From NCBI GenBank assembly GCA_963790205.1, contig CAWBNQ010000001.1, positions 896,001 through 960,000 on the forward strand: a DNA stretch of 64,000 nucleotides, given 5' to 3'. Source of the DNA: Nitrospirota bacterium. GTDB taxonomy: Bacteria > Nitrospirota > UBA9217. The position numbers and the translations under genes were made by a program. Below are positions 9,324 through 19,121 of the stretch, piece after piece (positions within the stretch are counted from its first letter, which is position 1; the number at the start of each line of letters is the position of its first letter). Below the pieces are notes generated by a model, which saw only the letters and a list, made by a program, of their open reading frames with translations, ran no database searches and was not told the DNA's origin.

Positions 9324-10433
9324 ATGTCCCATCCGCAAGCAACGAAGGCGCCCTACGGCCACCCCGCCAGCGCGGGAGCAGAAAAAAAATATCTCCCGCG
9401 GCTGATCGCCTGGGAGGTGACGCGCAGCTGCATTCTGAACTGCGTCCACTGCCGCGCCGCGGCCAAGTTCGGGCCTTATCCGGGCGAGCTTTCTACCGAG
9501 GAATGCTTCCGGTTCCTTGACGACGTCAAGTCCTTCAGCGACCCCATCATCATCCTCACCGGCGGCGAGCCGATGATGCGGCCCGACATCTATGACATCG
9601 CCAAGCACGGCACGAAGCTGGGACTCCGCATGGTCATGGCGCCCTGCGGCCTGCTCGTGACCGAGGAACTTGCCCAAAAGATCAAGGACTCGGGAGTCAT
9701 GCGCGTGTCGCTCTCGATCGACGGCCTGGACGCAAAGAGCCACAACGCTTTCCGCCGCGTGGAAGGCGCCTTCGAGGGCGTGATGAAGGCGATCGAGAAC
9801 TTCAAGAAGGTCGGCCTGGAGTTCCAGGTGAACACTACCATCACGAAACACAATGTTCAGGACCTGCCCAAGCTCCTGGAAATGGTGATCAAGCTCGGCG
9901 CCGTGGCCTACCACCCGTTCCTGCTCGTGCCCACGGGCCGGGGCAAGGAGCTTGCTGACCAGGAGATTCCGCCCGCGGAATACGAGAGCACGCTCAAGTG
10001 GTTCTACGAGATGCGCGACAAGTCGCCGATCCAGTTCAAGCCGACCTGCGCCCCCCATTATTACCGTATCATCCGCCAGGGCGAGAAGGCGAAGGGCAAG
10101 ACCGTCACGCCCGAGTCCCACGGCCTGGACGCCATGACCAAGGGCTGCATGGGCGGCCAGAGTTTTGCTTTCGTGTCGCACGTGGGCAAGGTGCAGATCT
10201 GCGGGTTCCTCGAAGAAGAGGCCGGCGACATCAAGAAAGAGCCCTTCTCGAAGATCTGGAACACGTCGCGGCTTTTTAACGAGATGCGCGACCTCGACCA
10301 CTATCACGGCAAGTGCGGCATCTGCGAATACCGCAGGGTCTGCGGCGGCTGCCGGGCCCGGGCCTTTGCCATCTCCGGCGATTACCTCGCGGCCGAGCCG
10401 TTCTGCACCTACGAGCCGCTCAAGGCGCGATAA
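9324..10433 (+). CDS. ahbD: Radical SAM/SPASM heme b synthase (alternative heme biosynthesis, AhbD-like)
   Basis: PRLIAWEVTRSCILNCVHC, FLLVPTGRG, PTCAPHYYR, GKCGICEYRRVCGGCRARA; SD AAGGAG. Confidence 0.85.
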   Translation: MSHPQATKAPYGHPASAGAEKKYLPRLIAWEVTRSCILNCVHCRAAAKFGPYPGELSTEECFRFLDDVKSFSDPIIILTGGEPMMRPDIYDIAKHGTKLGLRMVMAPCGLLVTEELAQKIKDSGVMRVSLSIDGLDAKSHNAFRRVEGAFEGVMKAIENFKKVGLEFQVNTTITKHNVQDLPKLLEMVIKLGAVAYHPFLLVPTGRGKELADQEIPPAEYESTLKWFYEMRDKSPIQFKPTCAPHYYRIIRQGEKAKGKTVTPESHGLDAMTKGCMGGQSFAFVSHVGKVQICGFLEEEAGDIKKEPFSKIWNTSRLFNEMRDLDHYHGKCGICEYRRVCGGCRARAFAISGDYLAAEPFCTYEPLKAR

Positions 10434-10497
10434 CAGAAGCGCTGCATTGTCCGGGGGATGATGAAGCCGTCATCCCCTTTTTATTTGCACAGAGGAT

Positions 10498-11349
10498 ATG
10501 AGCATGATGAAAAAATCGGAGCTTTCTCTGCAGGTCCTGACCAAGCTCGACCGGCTGCTCGATCATCACGTGGACGTCCTGCCCGGCGCGACGGACTTCA
10601 CCAGGCACCAGGCATACCGCTGGGACGGCCGGAGGAAGGGCCTGCAGCCGATCAAGCGGACCGCGCGTATCGACCACGACGACCTGATCGGGATCGATGC
10701 GGCCAAACAAGAGGTCAATCAAAATACGAGGAACTTCCTCGCCGGCATCCGCGCCAATAATGTACTGCTGTGGGGAGAACGGGGCACGGGCAAGTCATCG
10801 CTTATAAAATCTCTGCTCACGACCTTTGAGGGCACGAACCTCAGGATGGTCCAGGTCTTCAAACACGATCTTTTGACCGTCCTGGAGATGTACGACCTTA
10901 TTTCGGACAACCCGGCCTGCCGCTTCATTTTTTTCATCGACGACCTGTCCTTTGAAGAAGGCCAGACGGACTACCAGGAGATGAAGACCGTCATCGACGG
11001 CGGGCTCGAGGCGGTGCCGGACAACCTCCTCTTCTACGCGACGTCGAACCGCAAGCACCTGGTCCCCACGAAATTCTCGGATAACGAAAGCGACGAAGTC
11101 CGGCCGTCCGATGCGGTGGAGGAAAAGGTGTCTCTCGTCGAACGGTTCGGGCTCCGGTACGGGTTCTATCACTTTTCCCAGGACACCTATCTTGCGATCG
11201 TCGCTTCCTATGCGAAGAGGTACGGTCTCCGCATGAAGAAGGAACGACTCAGCCAACTCGCGCTCCAGTGGGCGCTCCGGGCCGGCGGCAGGAACGGCCG
11301 GATTGCGGAGCAGTTCGCGCGGACCGCGCTCGATGAAATTGCCGGCTGA
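10498..11349 (+). CDS. DUF815-type AAA+ ATP-binding protein
   Basis: NVLLWGERGTGKSS, FIDDLSFE, YATSNRKHL, EEKVSLVERFG. Confidence 0.85.
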   Translation: MSMMKKSELSLQVLTKLDRLLDHHVDVLPGATDFTRHQAYRWDGRRKGLQPIKRTARIDHDDLIGIDAAKQEVNQNTRNFLAGIRANNVLLWGERGTGKSSLIKSLLTTFEGTNLRMVQVFKHDLLTVLEMYDLISDNPACRFIFFIDDLSFEEGQTDYQEMKTVIDGGLEAVPDNLLFYATSNRKHLVPTKFSDNESDEVRPSDAVEEKVSLVERFGLRYGFYHFSQDTYLAIVASYAKRYGLRMKKERLSQLALQWALRAGGRNGRIAEQFARTALDEIAG

Positions 11350-11424
11350 TCGCCGGATTTTGTGCTATCTTTTTCTCAGAGGAATTTATCGACGGTGAAA
11401 TCATATCCAAGAGGAGGGAACGGC

Positions 11425-11898
11425 GTGAAAAAAGTGCTGATAGCGCTGGATGACTCGACAGCCGCCATGCAGGCGGTGGAATACGCGGGGCAGCAGTTTG
11501 GCGGGAATAGCGATATGGAGGTCGGCCTGGTGCACGTGCTGCCGAACCTTCCCGCCATATTCTGGGACGAAGGACATATCCTTTCCGAGGAAGAGAAGAA
11601 GGAGCGGAAGAAGGTCGTGGACAAGTGGATCGTCGACCGGAAGGCGAAGATGGAGCCGGTGTTCCGCAGGGCCGCCGAGGTCCTGGCGAAGAATGGCATA
11701 AAGGCCGGGCAGGTCCGGACCAAGTCTCTTTCCGATTCGACCGACGTGGCCCTGAGCATCCTCGAAGAGGCGAAGGACGCCGGGTATCAGACGATCATTG
11801 TAGGCCGGTGCGACCGTTCTTCAAAGCATCTTCTCGGGAGTGTTTCAGGAAAAATCGTCAATTTAGGCGCGGGAGTTGCCGTGACCGTTGTCGAGTAA
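11425..11898 (+). CDS. Universal stress protein
   Basis: KKVLIALDDS, IIVGR, LLGSVS; SD GAGGAGG with GTG start. Confidence 0.85.
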   Translation: MKKVLIALDDSTAAMQAVEYAGQQFGGNSDMEVGLVHVLPNLPAIFWDEGHILSEEEKKERKKVVDKWIVDRKAKMEPVFRRAAEVLAKNGIKAGQVRTKSLSDSTDVALSILEEAKDAGYQTIIVGRCDRSSKHLLGSVSGKIVNLGAGVAVTVVE

Positions 11899-12758
11899 CA
11901 GGAAAGACGCAACTGTTTATCCGGCTGACTTCATTTAAGAAAGAAGTCGGCCTTTTTTGTTCCTCCTGTTGTATTCTAAAGGATGGCTGCCCGGAAAAGG
12001 CAGACAGGGAGGAGAGAGCATAGCTTCATCCCTTCATCAATTGATATGAGATATACGGCACGAACTCCCCCTCCGCAGGCTTTTTCCTCAGGCCTCCACA
12101 TAACACAGGTCGTTGTCCCCGTACTGGCCACTCGCCGGGCAGCACGGCTTGCTCTCCGTGGCCTTTGATACCGCTCTTGACGGTCTGGAGCTCGCCGGCC
12201 TCGGGATGAAGCGTTGCCGCACAATCCCGTTCCAGGCCCTCATAACGCTCTTCTGACGCCTCCAGCGGTGCATCCATGTCGTTTTCAGCAAATCGCCGCG
12301 CCTGAACAAACACTTCCCTTCCTAATTCTTTCGAGGGGATTTTTCCTGACGCATACCTCCTTTCGCTTGTTTTTTCTTGTTCATATTAAAAGTATAACAC
12401 TGATCGTCGCAAGGGAAGCAGAGGTGTGGAATAAAATACTCCTTTGATAAGAGTTTTTAAAACCTGCTATTTTGTCCGATCGACTTCGGAAAATGGGTGC
12501 GGCGCCAGGTGTGGACATCGTGGGCAAGCCTGTTGGAACCATCATCGAGGTCCCGGTACTGCTGAAAGGAATCCCCATGGCTCTTCTGTCCATGACAGGG
12601 ACCTCGGGCCCCGCTTCAGCAAGAGGAGACAAGGGGAGTTTTGGACATCATTGAAAAGCTCCCCCCCCTTTTGCAAAGGGAGACAGGTAAATTGTTTTAT
12701 GCCTTGCTTAGGAAAAAAAACCCATCGACAACGCTCATAACTTGTTCGCCCGCTTTTC

Positions 12759-12787
12759 TTGACAAGTGCTGACAAAAAAACTATAGT
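12759..12787 (+). promoter_or_regulatory. sigma-70-type promoter upstream of patatin gene
   Basis: TTGACA-17 bp-TATAGT. Confidence 0.65.
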
Positions 12788-12856
12788 TAAACAGCACCGG
12801 AAAAGATCGCTTCTTACGGTCGGGCTCATTCCTTTTTCAGCAAACATCCGGAGTCA

Positions 12857-13654
12857 ATGTCCATGACCTCTTCTCCTGGAAAGCAGCGGCTCGGCCTGGC
12901 CTTGAGCGGCGGCGGTACGCGCGGCCTGGCGCACATAGGCGTACTCCAGGCCTTCGAAGACAGCGGCATCCGGACCGATTATCTTTCAGGCACAAGCATC
13001 GGCGCGTTTGCCGCCGCGCTCTACGCTTTCGGCGTGTCTCTCGAGGAGATCCGCAGGATGGGACAGGGCATGTCGCCGGTCAATGTCTCGAAGCTCAAGC
13101 TCTCGCGCTTTGCCCTGTTTTCGAACGAAGAGCTGGCCCGGCTTATCCAGTCCAAGATCGGCAAGGCCCGGATTGAGGAGGCTCTGATTCCGCTCGCTAT
13201 CATAGCCGTCGACATCGGCACCGGCGAGAAGTTCGTGCTGCGGCAGGGCGAGGTCGCTCCCGCAGTCATGGCGAGCAATGCCGTGCCGGGCATCTACCGG
13301 CCCGTGATCATCGACGGCCGGATGATGGTCGACGGGGGGATCATGGAGGATGTGCCCATATCGCCTCTCCGGCCCATGGGCGCCGACACGGTCGTTGCCG
13401 TGAACTTGAGCGCGGGCCGAAAATACCGGCCGCCTGAAGACATCATCGATATTCTCCTCAATGCCTTCGACATCGCCATCGATGAGGACACCAGGGCGCA
13501 GATCAAGGCGGCCGACGTGCTGATCGAGCCGCAGCTGTCCGATTTCCGCCGCATGGACGTGAGCCAGATCGATGCGCTTATTGCCGAAGGATACCGCGCC
13601 GCGGCAGCGAGCATTGAGAAGATCCGGGCGGCGCTGGCGCGTTCTTCCGAATAG
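12857..13654 (+). CDS. Patatin-like phospholipase (RssA/NTE family)
   Basis: LSGGGTRGLAHIG, GTSIG, DGG motifs. Confidence 0.9.
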   Translation: MSMTSSPGKQRLGLALSGGGTRGLAHIGVLQAFEDSGIRTDYLSGTSIGAFAAALYAFGVSLEEIRRMGQGMSPVNVSKLKLSRFALFSNEELARLIQSKIGKARIEEALIPLAIIAVDIGTGEKFVLRQGEVAPAVMASNAVPGIYRPVIIDGRMMVDGGIMEDVPISPLRPMGADTVVAVNLSAGRKYRPPEDIIDILLNAFDIAIDEDTRAQIKAADVLIEPQLSDFRRMDVSQIDALIAEGYRAAAASIEKIRAALARSSE

Positions 13655-13955
13655 TGATGCCGCCTCCGGCGCCATGCCGCACCGGTAAAGAAACCGTACT
13701 CCAGGGTCATTCATCCAAGGTCCCCTTTATGTCCCGAGGAGTTTTTCAACAGCCTGCAGAGGCTTTTTTCCTCGATCCCGGCGTCCTCTGCATGAGAACA
13801 AGCATGCTTCAAAAAAACGCCTGCGCTCTGAACTCACAGCTTCTGTCATCATTTTTTAAATTTGCCTTTTGGTCCTTCTTGCACTATCTTTAACCCATTG
13901 CCGGTCCGGAGCTCATGGTCCGCGGGAAGTCCCGGAATTCCGTACGGGGGTGCCT

Positions 13956-14465
13956 ATGAAAACCTGCCAGCGCTTAACCATCCTGGTTGCCGTCGCTGCT
14001 CTGATAGTGTTCGCGGTCTACCTGGTGCGGCACGCGACTGTTCCGCAGAGCGCAAGCATAGCCAAAGAGGGAAACAGGCTTTATGCGTCGCTTGACAAGA
14101 AGCGCATGGCGGACGATCCGGTCTATGCGGGCGAGCTTGAAGACAAGCTGGCCTTGCTGGATTACCGGATGGCTGTCGCCTACAACAACGAAAAAAAACC
14201 TGATAAGGCCATTGCCATTTTGCAGCGCTTGATCAATGACGAAGAGGCCAGGGGAAAAAAGGGCAGCATACCCCGGCGCTCCCGCAGCTATCTGCGTGAG
14301 GCCGACTACTACGAGGCGTTGAAACAGTCCTTCGAGCTCAAGCATGAAGCGGCCGGGGCGAACAAATCGCTGGACCGGTACACGCAGCTCAAGATAAAGG
14401 CCGCGGAGTTGAGAAGGCTTGAAAGCAGGGAAGACGGCAAGTACGTGGGCACGCCCGCGGACTAG
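13956..14465 (+). CDS. Hypothetical membrane-anchored helical/TPR-like protein
   Basis: N-terminal TM helix, helical remainder, coding-like codon usage. Confidence 0.65.
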   Translation: MKTCQRLTILVAVAALIVFAVYLVRHATVPQSASIAKEGNRLYASLDKKRMADDPVYAGELEDKLALLDYRMAVAYNNEKKPDKAIAILQRLINDEEARGKKGSIPRRSRSYLREADYYEALKQSFELKHEAAGANKSLDRYTQLKIKAAELRRLESREDGKYVGTPAD

Positions 14466-14488
14466 CTCCCGCGCGCACATATCACCGC

Positions 14489-15193
14489 ATGCTGACTAAG
14501 AAAAAAACGACCCATGTCATGGGCGTGGACCTCGCGGGCAGTCCCGGGAGAAACACGGGAATCTGCCTGCTCAAGGGTATGACCGTGGCCTCTTTCGCGA
14601 CCCTGCATGCCGATGAGGAAATCTTTGCCTTCATCGACCAGGCACGGCCGGACCTCGTTGCCATCGACGCCCCGCTCAGCCTGCCGCCCGGGAGAAGATC
14701 CATCGAAGAGAGGACCGGTGAGCATTTCCGGCCCTGCGACCGGGAACTTCTGAAGCGCGGCATACGGTTCTTCCCGATCACCCTTGGCCCCATGCGGTCC
14801 CTTACCACGCGCGGCATCAGGCTGAAGGAGACGCTCGTTCAGAGAGGATACGAAGTCATAGAAATATACCCCGGTGCTGCGCAGGACCTCTGGAAAATCG
14901 CGCGAAAGCAGGGCGGCCTCTTGAAACTGCGGCGCGGCCTGGAAAAGCTCGGGCTTAAAAAACTCGCCAAAGACATGAACGGCGATGAACTCGACGCGGC
15001 GACCGGAGCGCTCGTGGGACGGCTGTATCTTAAAGGAGAGGCCGAGGCGCTTGGAACCGTGAGCGAAGGCGCCATTATTGTCCCGAAGCCGGTAAAGCGC
15101 AGACCGCGGACCGGCGGTGTGAAAAGCCGGAAAATCCAGGCAGTGATATCAGCCGGGAAATCAGGCAAAGGCGCACGAAGTAAACGGCGGTGA
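14489..15193 (+). CDS. DUF429 family protein (predicted RNase H-fold nuclease)
   Basis: GVDLAG, AIDAPLSLP, R.CDREL, IEIYPGA, ELDA. Confidence 0.8.
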   Translation: MLTKKKTTHVMGVDLAGSPGRNTGICLLKGMTVASFATLHADEEIFAFIDQARPDLVAIDAPLSLPPGRRSIEERTGEHFRPCDRELLKRGIRFFPITLGPMRSLTTRGIRLKETLVQRGYEVIEIYPGAAQDLWKIARKQGGLLKLRRGLEKLGLKKLAKDMNGDELDAATGALVGRLYLKGEAEALGTVSEGAIIVPKPVKRRPRTGGVKSRKIQAVISAGKSGKGARSKRR

Positions 15194-15343
15194 TGCACGA
15201 CGAATACTTCACCCTCCCTTTGATCCCCTCCCATCTAGAGAGGGACAAAAATTAAGAACAGATACCCGCGGACGCCTATACGAACCTTCGTTTGCGCAGG
15301 GAGGATCATTCTGCGGTCCGGGCGCCGGGGCATCTTCCGGGTA

Positions 15344-15372
15344 TTGACACCCGCCCGCCCCTGTGTTACCGT
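15344..15372 (+). promoter_or_regulatory. sigma-70-type promoter of the TlpA-ABC operon
   Basis: TTGACA-17 bp-TACCGT. Confidence 0.5.
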
Positions 15373-15415
15373 GAGGGCGCTGCTCAATCCCTCAGTGCAT
15401 TTTTTCGGAGAGTCA

Positions 15416-16285
15416 TTGAACAACAAAACGCTCATTAGCCTGTCCGTGATCTTTGCCGCTTTGGTCGTCCTTTTTCAGCTTTCCGCGAAGAAACAGCCCT
15501 CCGACGATGAGACGAACATGTTTGAGGCCGTGAGCCGCCCGCTCCAGTGGCAGGGAAAGCGTGCGCCGGACTTTGCCGTCGACTTCCTGAACGGAGAAAA
15601 ATTTACGCTCTCTGAAGAGGTCGGCAAAAAAGTGATCATCCTTAACTTCTTCGCCACTTGGTGCGGCCCCTGCAAGGAGGAAATGCCGGAGTTCGTCCGG
15701 TATTTCGACAAGCACAAGGACGAGCCCTTTCTCATGATCGGCATCGATGCCGACGAACCCGAAAGCCCGGTCCGGGATTTCGTGCGCGATAACGGCGTGA
15801 CCTACCCGGTCTCCATCGACCGGCACGGGAAACTGCAGAGGGCCTTCTCAATCAGGGCGTTCCCGACGACGGTGTTCATCGGGACCGACGGCGTCGTCCA
15901 GATCTACGAGGTCGGCCAGATCAGGAACGCGGACATAGCCTTTGATCCCCTGCTCGCGGCCGGCCTCGCTGCGGCGCGGGCGGGAACGGGCATTACGAAA
16001 GAGGCCTTCCTCGCGAAACAGGAGCAGAAGGGGAGCGAGGGGGCGCAAGCGGCCGAAGAGCAGTCGCCCCGGGAAAAGAACGAAGACGAGGGGCCGCAGC
16101 TTGCGGGGCGGGTCCGGACCATCGCTGAAAAGATGAATTGCCCCTGCGGGTGCACACACACCCTCATGGAGTGCACGTGCAAGACAGCCAAGGACATCAA
16201 AGAGCAGCTGGTAAAGCGCGACTGGTCCGCGATGAGCGATGAAGAAGTCATAAAAACCCTCAACCGGGAGTTCTGCATGAAATGA
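15416..16285 (+). CDS. TlpA/ResA-type thiol-disulfide oxidoreductase fused to a Cys-rich CcmH-like C-terminal domain
   Basis: Membrane anchor, NFFATWCGPCKEEMP, FPTT; C-terminal KMNCPCGCTHTLMECTC...SDEEVI. Confidence 0.8.
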   Translation: MNNKTLISLSVIFAALVVLFQLSAKKQPSDDETNMFEAVSRPLQWQGKRAPDFAVDFLNGEKFTLSEEVGKKVIILNFFATWCGPCKEEMPEFVRYFDKHKDEPFLMIGIDADEPESPVRDFVRDNGVTYPVSIDRHGKLQRAFSIRAFPTTVFIGTDGVVQIYEVGQIRNADIAFDPLLAAGLAAARAGTGITKEAFLAKQEQKGSEGAQAAEEQSPREKNEDEGPQLAGRVRTIAEKMNCPCGCTHTLMECTCKTAKDIKEQLVKRDWSAMSDEEVIKTLNREFCMK

Positions 16286-17199
16286 TGATAACCGCCCAGA
16301 ACCTATCGGTGTTTTTCGGCAGGGGTTTTTTTAAGCCGAAGATCCGGGCGCTCGACTCCTTCTCGCTCACGGTAGAGGAGGGGGACATCTTTGCCCTCCT
16401 CGGGCCGAACGGCGCGGGAAAGTCTACGGCCATGTACTGCTTCCTCGGCCTCGTACGCCCGGACAACGGCACCATCTCGGTGCTCGGCAAAAAGCCGGAG
16501 CCCGGCTCGCGCCTGTTCCGGGAGATCGCCTATCTTCCCGAAGAGCCGCACTATCATCTCTACCTGACCGTGGAAGAAGCGGTCACTTATTACGCCAGGC
16601 TGCACGGCAGCGGTGCGGGCAAGCAGGAGGTCAACAAGGCCATCGAGCGTGTCGGCATGACCGAGTTCAGGGACCTGCGGCTTTCGAAGTGTTCGAAGGG
16701 CATGAAGCAGAAGGTCGGGATCGCCCAGTGCCTCATCAACAAGCCCCGGCTCGTGTTTTTGGACGAGCCGACGCGCGGTCTCGATCCCATCGCGGTAAAA
16801 GAGTTCAGGGATATCCTGGTCGGGATGAACAGGGCCGGGACCACCATCGTCCTCAACTCGCACGTCCTCTCCGAGATCGAGATGGTCTGTAACCGCGCGG
16901 CGATCATGGACAGGGGCAAGGTCATTGTGCAGGATGAGATGAACCGCCTGCGCGGCACGGGCCTGGAGACCTACCTGGTAGAGTTCGACCTCATGGAGCC
17001 CGTGCCAGAGTGCGTGCGCGTCACGGTCAAGACGCCGACCACGGTCAAGGGCGAGGTTCCGGCGAAGCGGCTTGCGGAGTTCGTGCAGCAGGTGGACGGG
17101 TCGGGCAAACGGATCTATGAATGCTCGCTCAAGAGGCTTTCGCTCGAAGACTCGTTCTTCAAGATCCTGAAAGGAAAGCACGACCGTCAAAACATTTGA
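16282..17199 (+). CDS. ABC-2 type transporter ATP-binding protein
   Basis: GPNGAGKS, SKGMKQ, FLDEPT, NSH; ATGA overlap with upstream gene. Confidence 0.9.
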   Translation: MMITAQNLSVFFGRGFFKPKIRALDSFSLTVEEGDIFALLGPNGAGKSTAMYCFLGLVRPDNGTISVLGKKPEPGSRLFREIAYLPEEPHYHLYLTVEEAVTYYARLHGSGAGKQEVNKAIERVGMTEFRDLRLSKCSKGMKQKVGIAQCLINKPRLVFLDEPTRGLDPIAVKEFRDILVGMNRAGTTIVLNSHVLSEIEMVCNRAAIMDRGKVIVQDEMNRLRGTGLETYLVEFDLMEPVPECVRVTVKTPTTVKGEVPAKRLAEFVQQVDGSGKRIYECSLKRLSLEDSFFKILKGKHDRQNI

Positions 17200-17549
17200 A
17201 CCGCGAAGGCGTAGGCTGCAGGAGCGTAATCGCGGCCATAACGAAGGACGCGAAGGCTTTAAGTACTTTATTGCGTCACCTCTTGAATTTTGAGTTTTTG
17301 AAGAAAAAATTTGCCGCAAAAGGGCGCAAAAAGCGCAAAGGGAAATAAAAAATCATCCTGATTTTTTTGTGAACTTTGCGCTTCTTTGCGGCAAAAATGC
17401 TTTTTAATTTTGCCTTGTCCCCATAAGGCTAAGAATCAGAAAATCTTGTCGGTCAGAGGCAATGCCTCGTTAAGCTTTAAACCCGATAGAGAGCTTCCTT
17501 GGCACGCGGAGCCCGCCTCGAATGTCTTCATCGGGGGCGCCCTCGCGGT
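17199..17549. repeat. Nested 9-nt periodic palindromic insert within the ABC operon
   Basis: Outer ACCGCGAAGG ... CCTCGCGGT; inner TTTGCCGCAAAAGGGCGCAAAAAGCGCAAAG / TTTGTGAACTTTGCGCTTCTTTGCGGCAAA (17310-17395). Confidence 0.65.
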
Positions 17550-17575
17550 AACAAGCTTTTCAAAAGGAGATTGAC

Positions 17576-18388
17576 GTGTACCAGCAGGTCCTCGCGAACA
17601 TCCGGACGAACCTCATCTTCTACCGCAGGAACCGGCTCCTCATCGCGGCCGTGGTCTTCATCGTGCTGGTCCTGGGGCTCACGACCCTGTCGTCGTTCTT
17701 CTTCCTGTCCAATACCCAGCACTTGGAGCAACTGCGGCAGCTCTTCACCACGGTGAACAGATTCGCGCTGGTCCTGACCGGGGGGCTCGGCCTTGTCCTC
17801 ATTTCACAGCACATCAGGGACCGCTCGATCAAGATGGTCTTCACCAAACCCTGCCTGCCCGAGACGTGGCTCCTGTCGAGCTATCTTTCGGCGGCGCTTG
17901 TGGCTTTCGTTCTCTATACCGGATCGTTTCTGATCGCCTCGGTCCTCTCCCTGGCCTGGAAGATCCCGTATCCCTCAGGCATCCTCTTCATCTCCGTCAA
18001 TCAGTTCTTCCAGACCATAAGCCTCATGGCCTACGCCACGTTCCTCTCCGTCATCCTCCATCCCGCGCTCGCGGCCCTGGTCCTTCTCGTGTTCCGGGAA
18101 GGGCTTCTCTACACTCTCAAGATAATCCTGGCGAGCGGCATCAAGGCGGCAGGCGCCAAGCCGTTCGTGCCGTTCCTCAAGTTCGTGAAGCTGTTTGTGG
18201 ACACAGCCTACCTGGTCCTTCCTACCTTCAACCCCTACGCGGAAAAGACCGCCCCGGTCTACTCGAGCCTCCGCGGCTCGGACGCGGACTGGAACTACCT
18301 TTTCCCGGCCATTGCCTATGCGCTCACGGTCTCGGCGCTGTTCTATTTCCTGACGGTGTACGCGCTCAAGAAGAAGAGATATGTGTGA
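17576..18388 (+). CDS. ABC-2 type transporter permease
   Basis: About 6 TM segments, DRSIKMVFTKP motif, SD AAGGAG with GTG start. Confidence 0.8.
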   Translation: MYQQVLANIRTNLIFYRRNRLLIAAVVFIVLVLGLTTLSSFFFLSNTQHLEQLRQLFTTVNRFALVLTGGLGLVLISQHIRDRSIKMVFTKPCLPETWLLSSYLSAALVAFVLYTGSFLIASVLSLAWKIPYPSGILFISVNQFFQTISLMAYATFLSVILHPALAALVLLVFREGLLYTLKIILASGIKAAGAKPFVPFLKFVKLFVDTAYLVLPTFNPYAEKTAPVYSSLRGSDADWNYLFPAIAYALTVSALFYFLTVYALKKKRYV

Positions 18389-18524
18389 AATAAAAAAAGG
18401 ATGGATGCGCTGAGTGTTTCAGTTTGCGATCCGCGCTATTATGGAGATAGAGCTATCAGAGGCGATTGAAAACGCACCTGAACAGCGTATCAACCGGCAT
18501 ATGAGAAGAGAGGAGGCCCCATAC

Positions 18525-18896
18525 ATGGCAACCAGAATGAGCATCGCCGCTGTTGTGTTTGCGCTTTGCGTCTCGTACGCAATCGCCGGGGAACAGCTCG
18601 GCGTCGCTGTTTATCCGGGAGCGACCTACGATCAAGTCATGACGGAAGTGCTAAAAAAATCACCGGGGATTGAAGGGGCAGCGTACCGGACCGACGACAC
18701 TCTGGCCCGCGTCGCGGAGTTTTACCGGAAGCAAGGACTGCTCCTCCTGCGGCTCGGCGACCCGACGAAAGAGCTCGCACGTTTCAAGAAGACCGATACG
18801 GGCGTTGATGTCATCGTACGGAACCCCTGGAAGGACCCGTACACGGGCGCGAAAATGAAGGGCACCCTCATCATGATCATTCAAAGCCGGGAGTAG
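18525..18896 (+). CDS. Secreted hypothetical protein (YPGA-motif type)
   Basis: SD GAGGAGG, signal peptide, VYPGA...TDD...VAEFY. Confidence 0.7.
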   Translation: MATRMSIAAVVFALCVSYAIAGEQLGVAVYPGATYDQVMTEVLKKSPGIEGAAYRTDDTLARVAEFYRKQGLLLLRLGDPTKELARFKKTDTGVDVIVRNPWKDPYTGAKMKGTLIMIIQSRE

Positions 18897-19121
18897 AGAG
18901 TTCGGTCCGTTCGCAGGCAGGGCAGGAGAACGATTACGCCGAGCGTCGTTCCGGCAGTACCGGCGCTATGATCAGGAGCGCCATGGTCCTCAACCTCGCC
19001 GGAGACCTTAACGAGAAGGGAAGCCACGCTCCGGCCCCTGACGTTACTGATAACGCTCCCCTTGACGTTGAACCTGCATTCCGATATGATTCCTGTACGT
19101 TGATCCACGTCCCCTATTCCT

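Noticed and set aside
7897..10307. Long antisense ORFs (7897-9114, 9279-10307; likewise 26195-27691, 34787-36061, 39408-40511, 47872-49044)
   Set aside because: Shadow frames of well-supported genes, expected from high GC3 codon bias; no recognisable motifs.
12472..12654. 60-aa ORF with an IIEVPVLL (ACR3-like) segment
   Set aside because: No SD, and the similarity is too short to support; adjacent sequence is a degenerate REP-like CCCCCCTTT/AAAGGGG stretch.
17499..17516. Sigma-54 promoter TTGGCACG before the ABC permease
   Set aside because: No GC at the -12 position.
18897..19121. Small ORFs 18881-19210 (-) and 18968-19231 (+)
   Set aside because: They overlap the 19122 gene and lack SD sequences or recognisable motifs.
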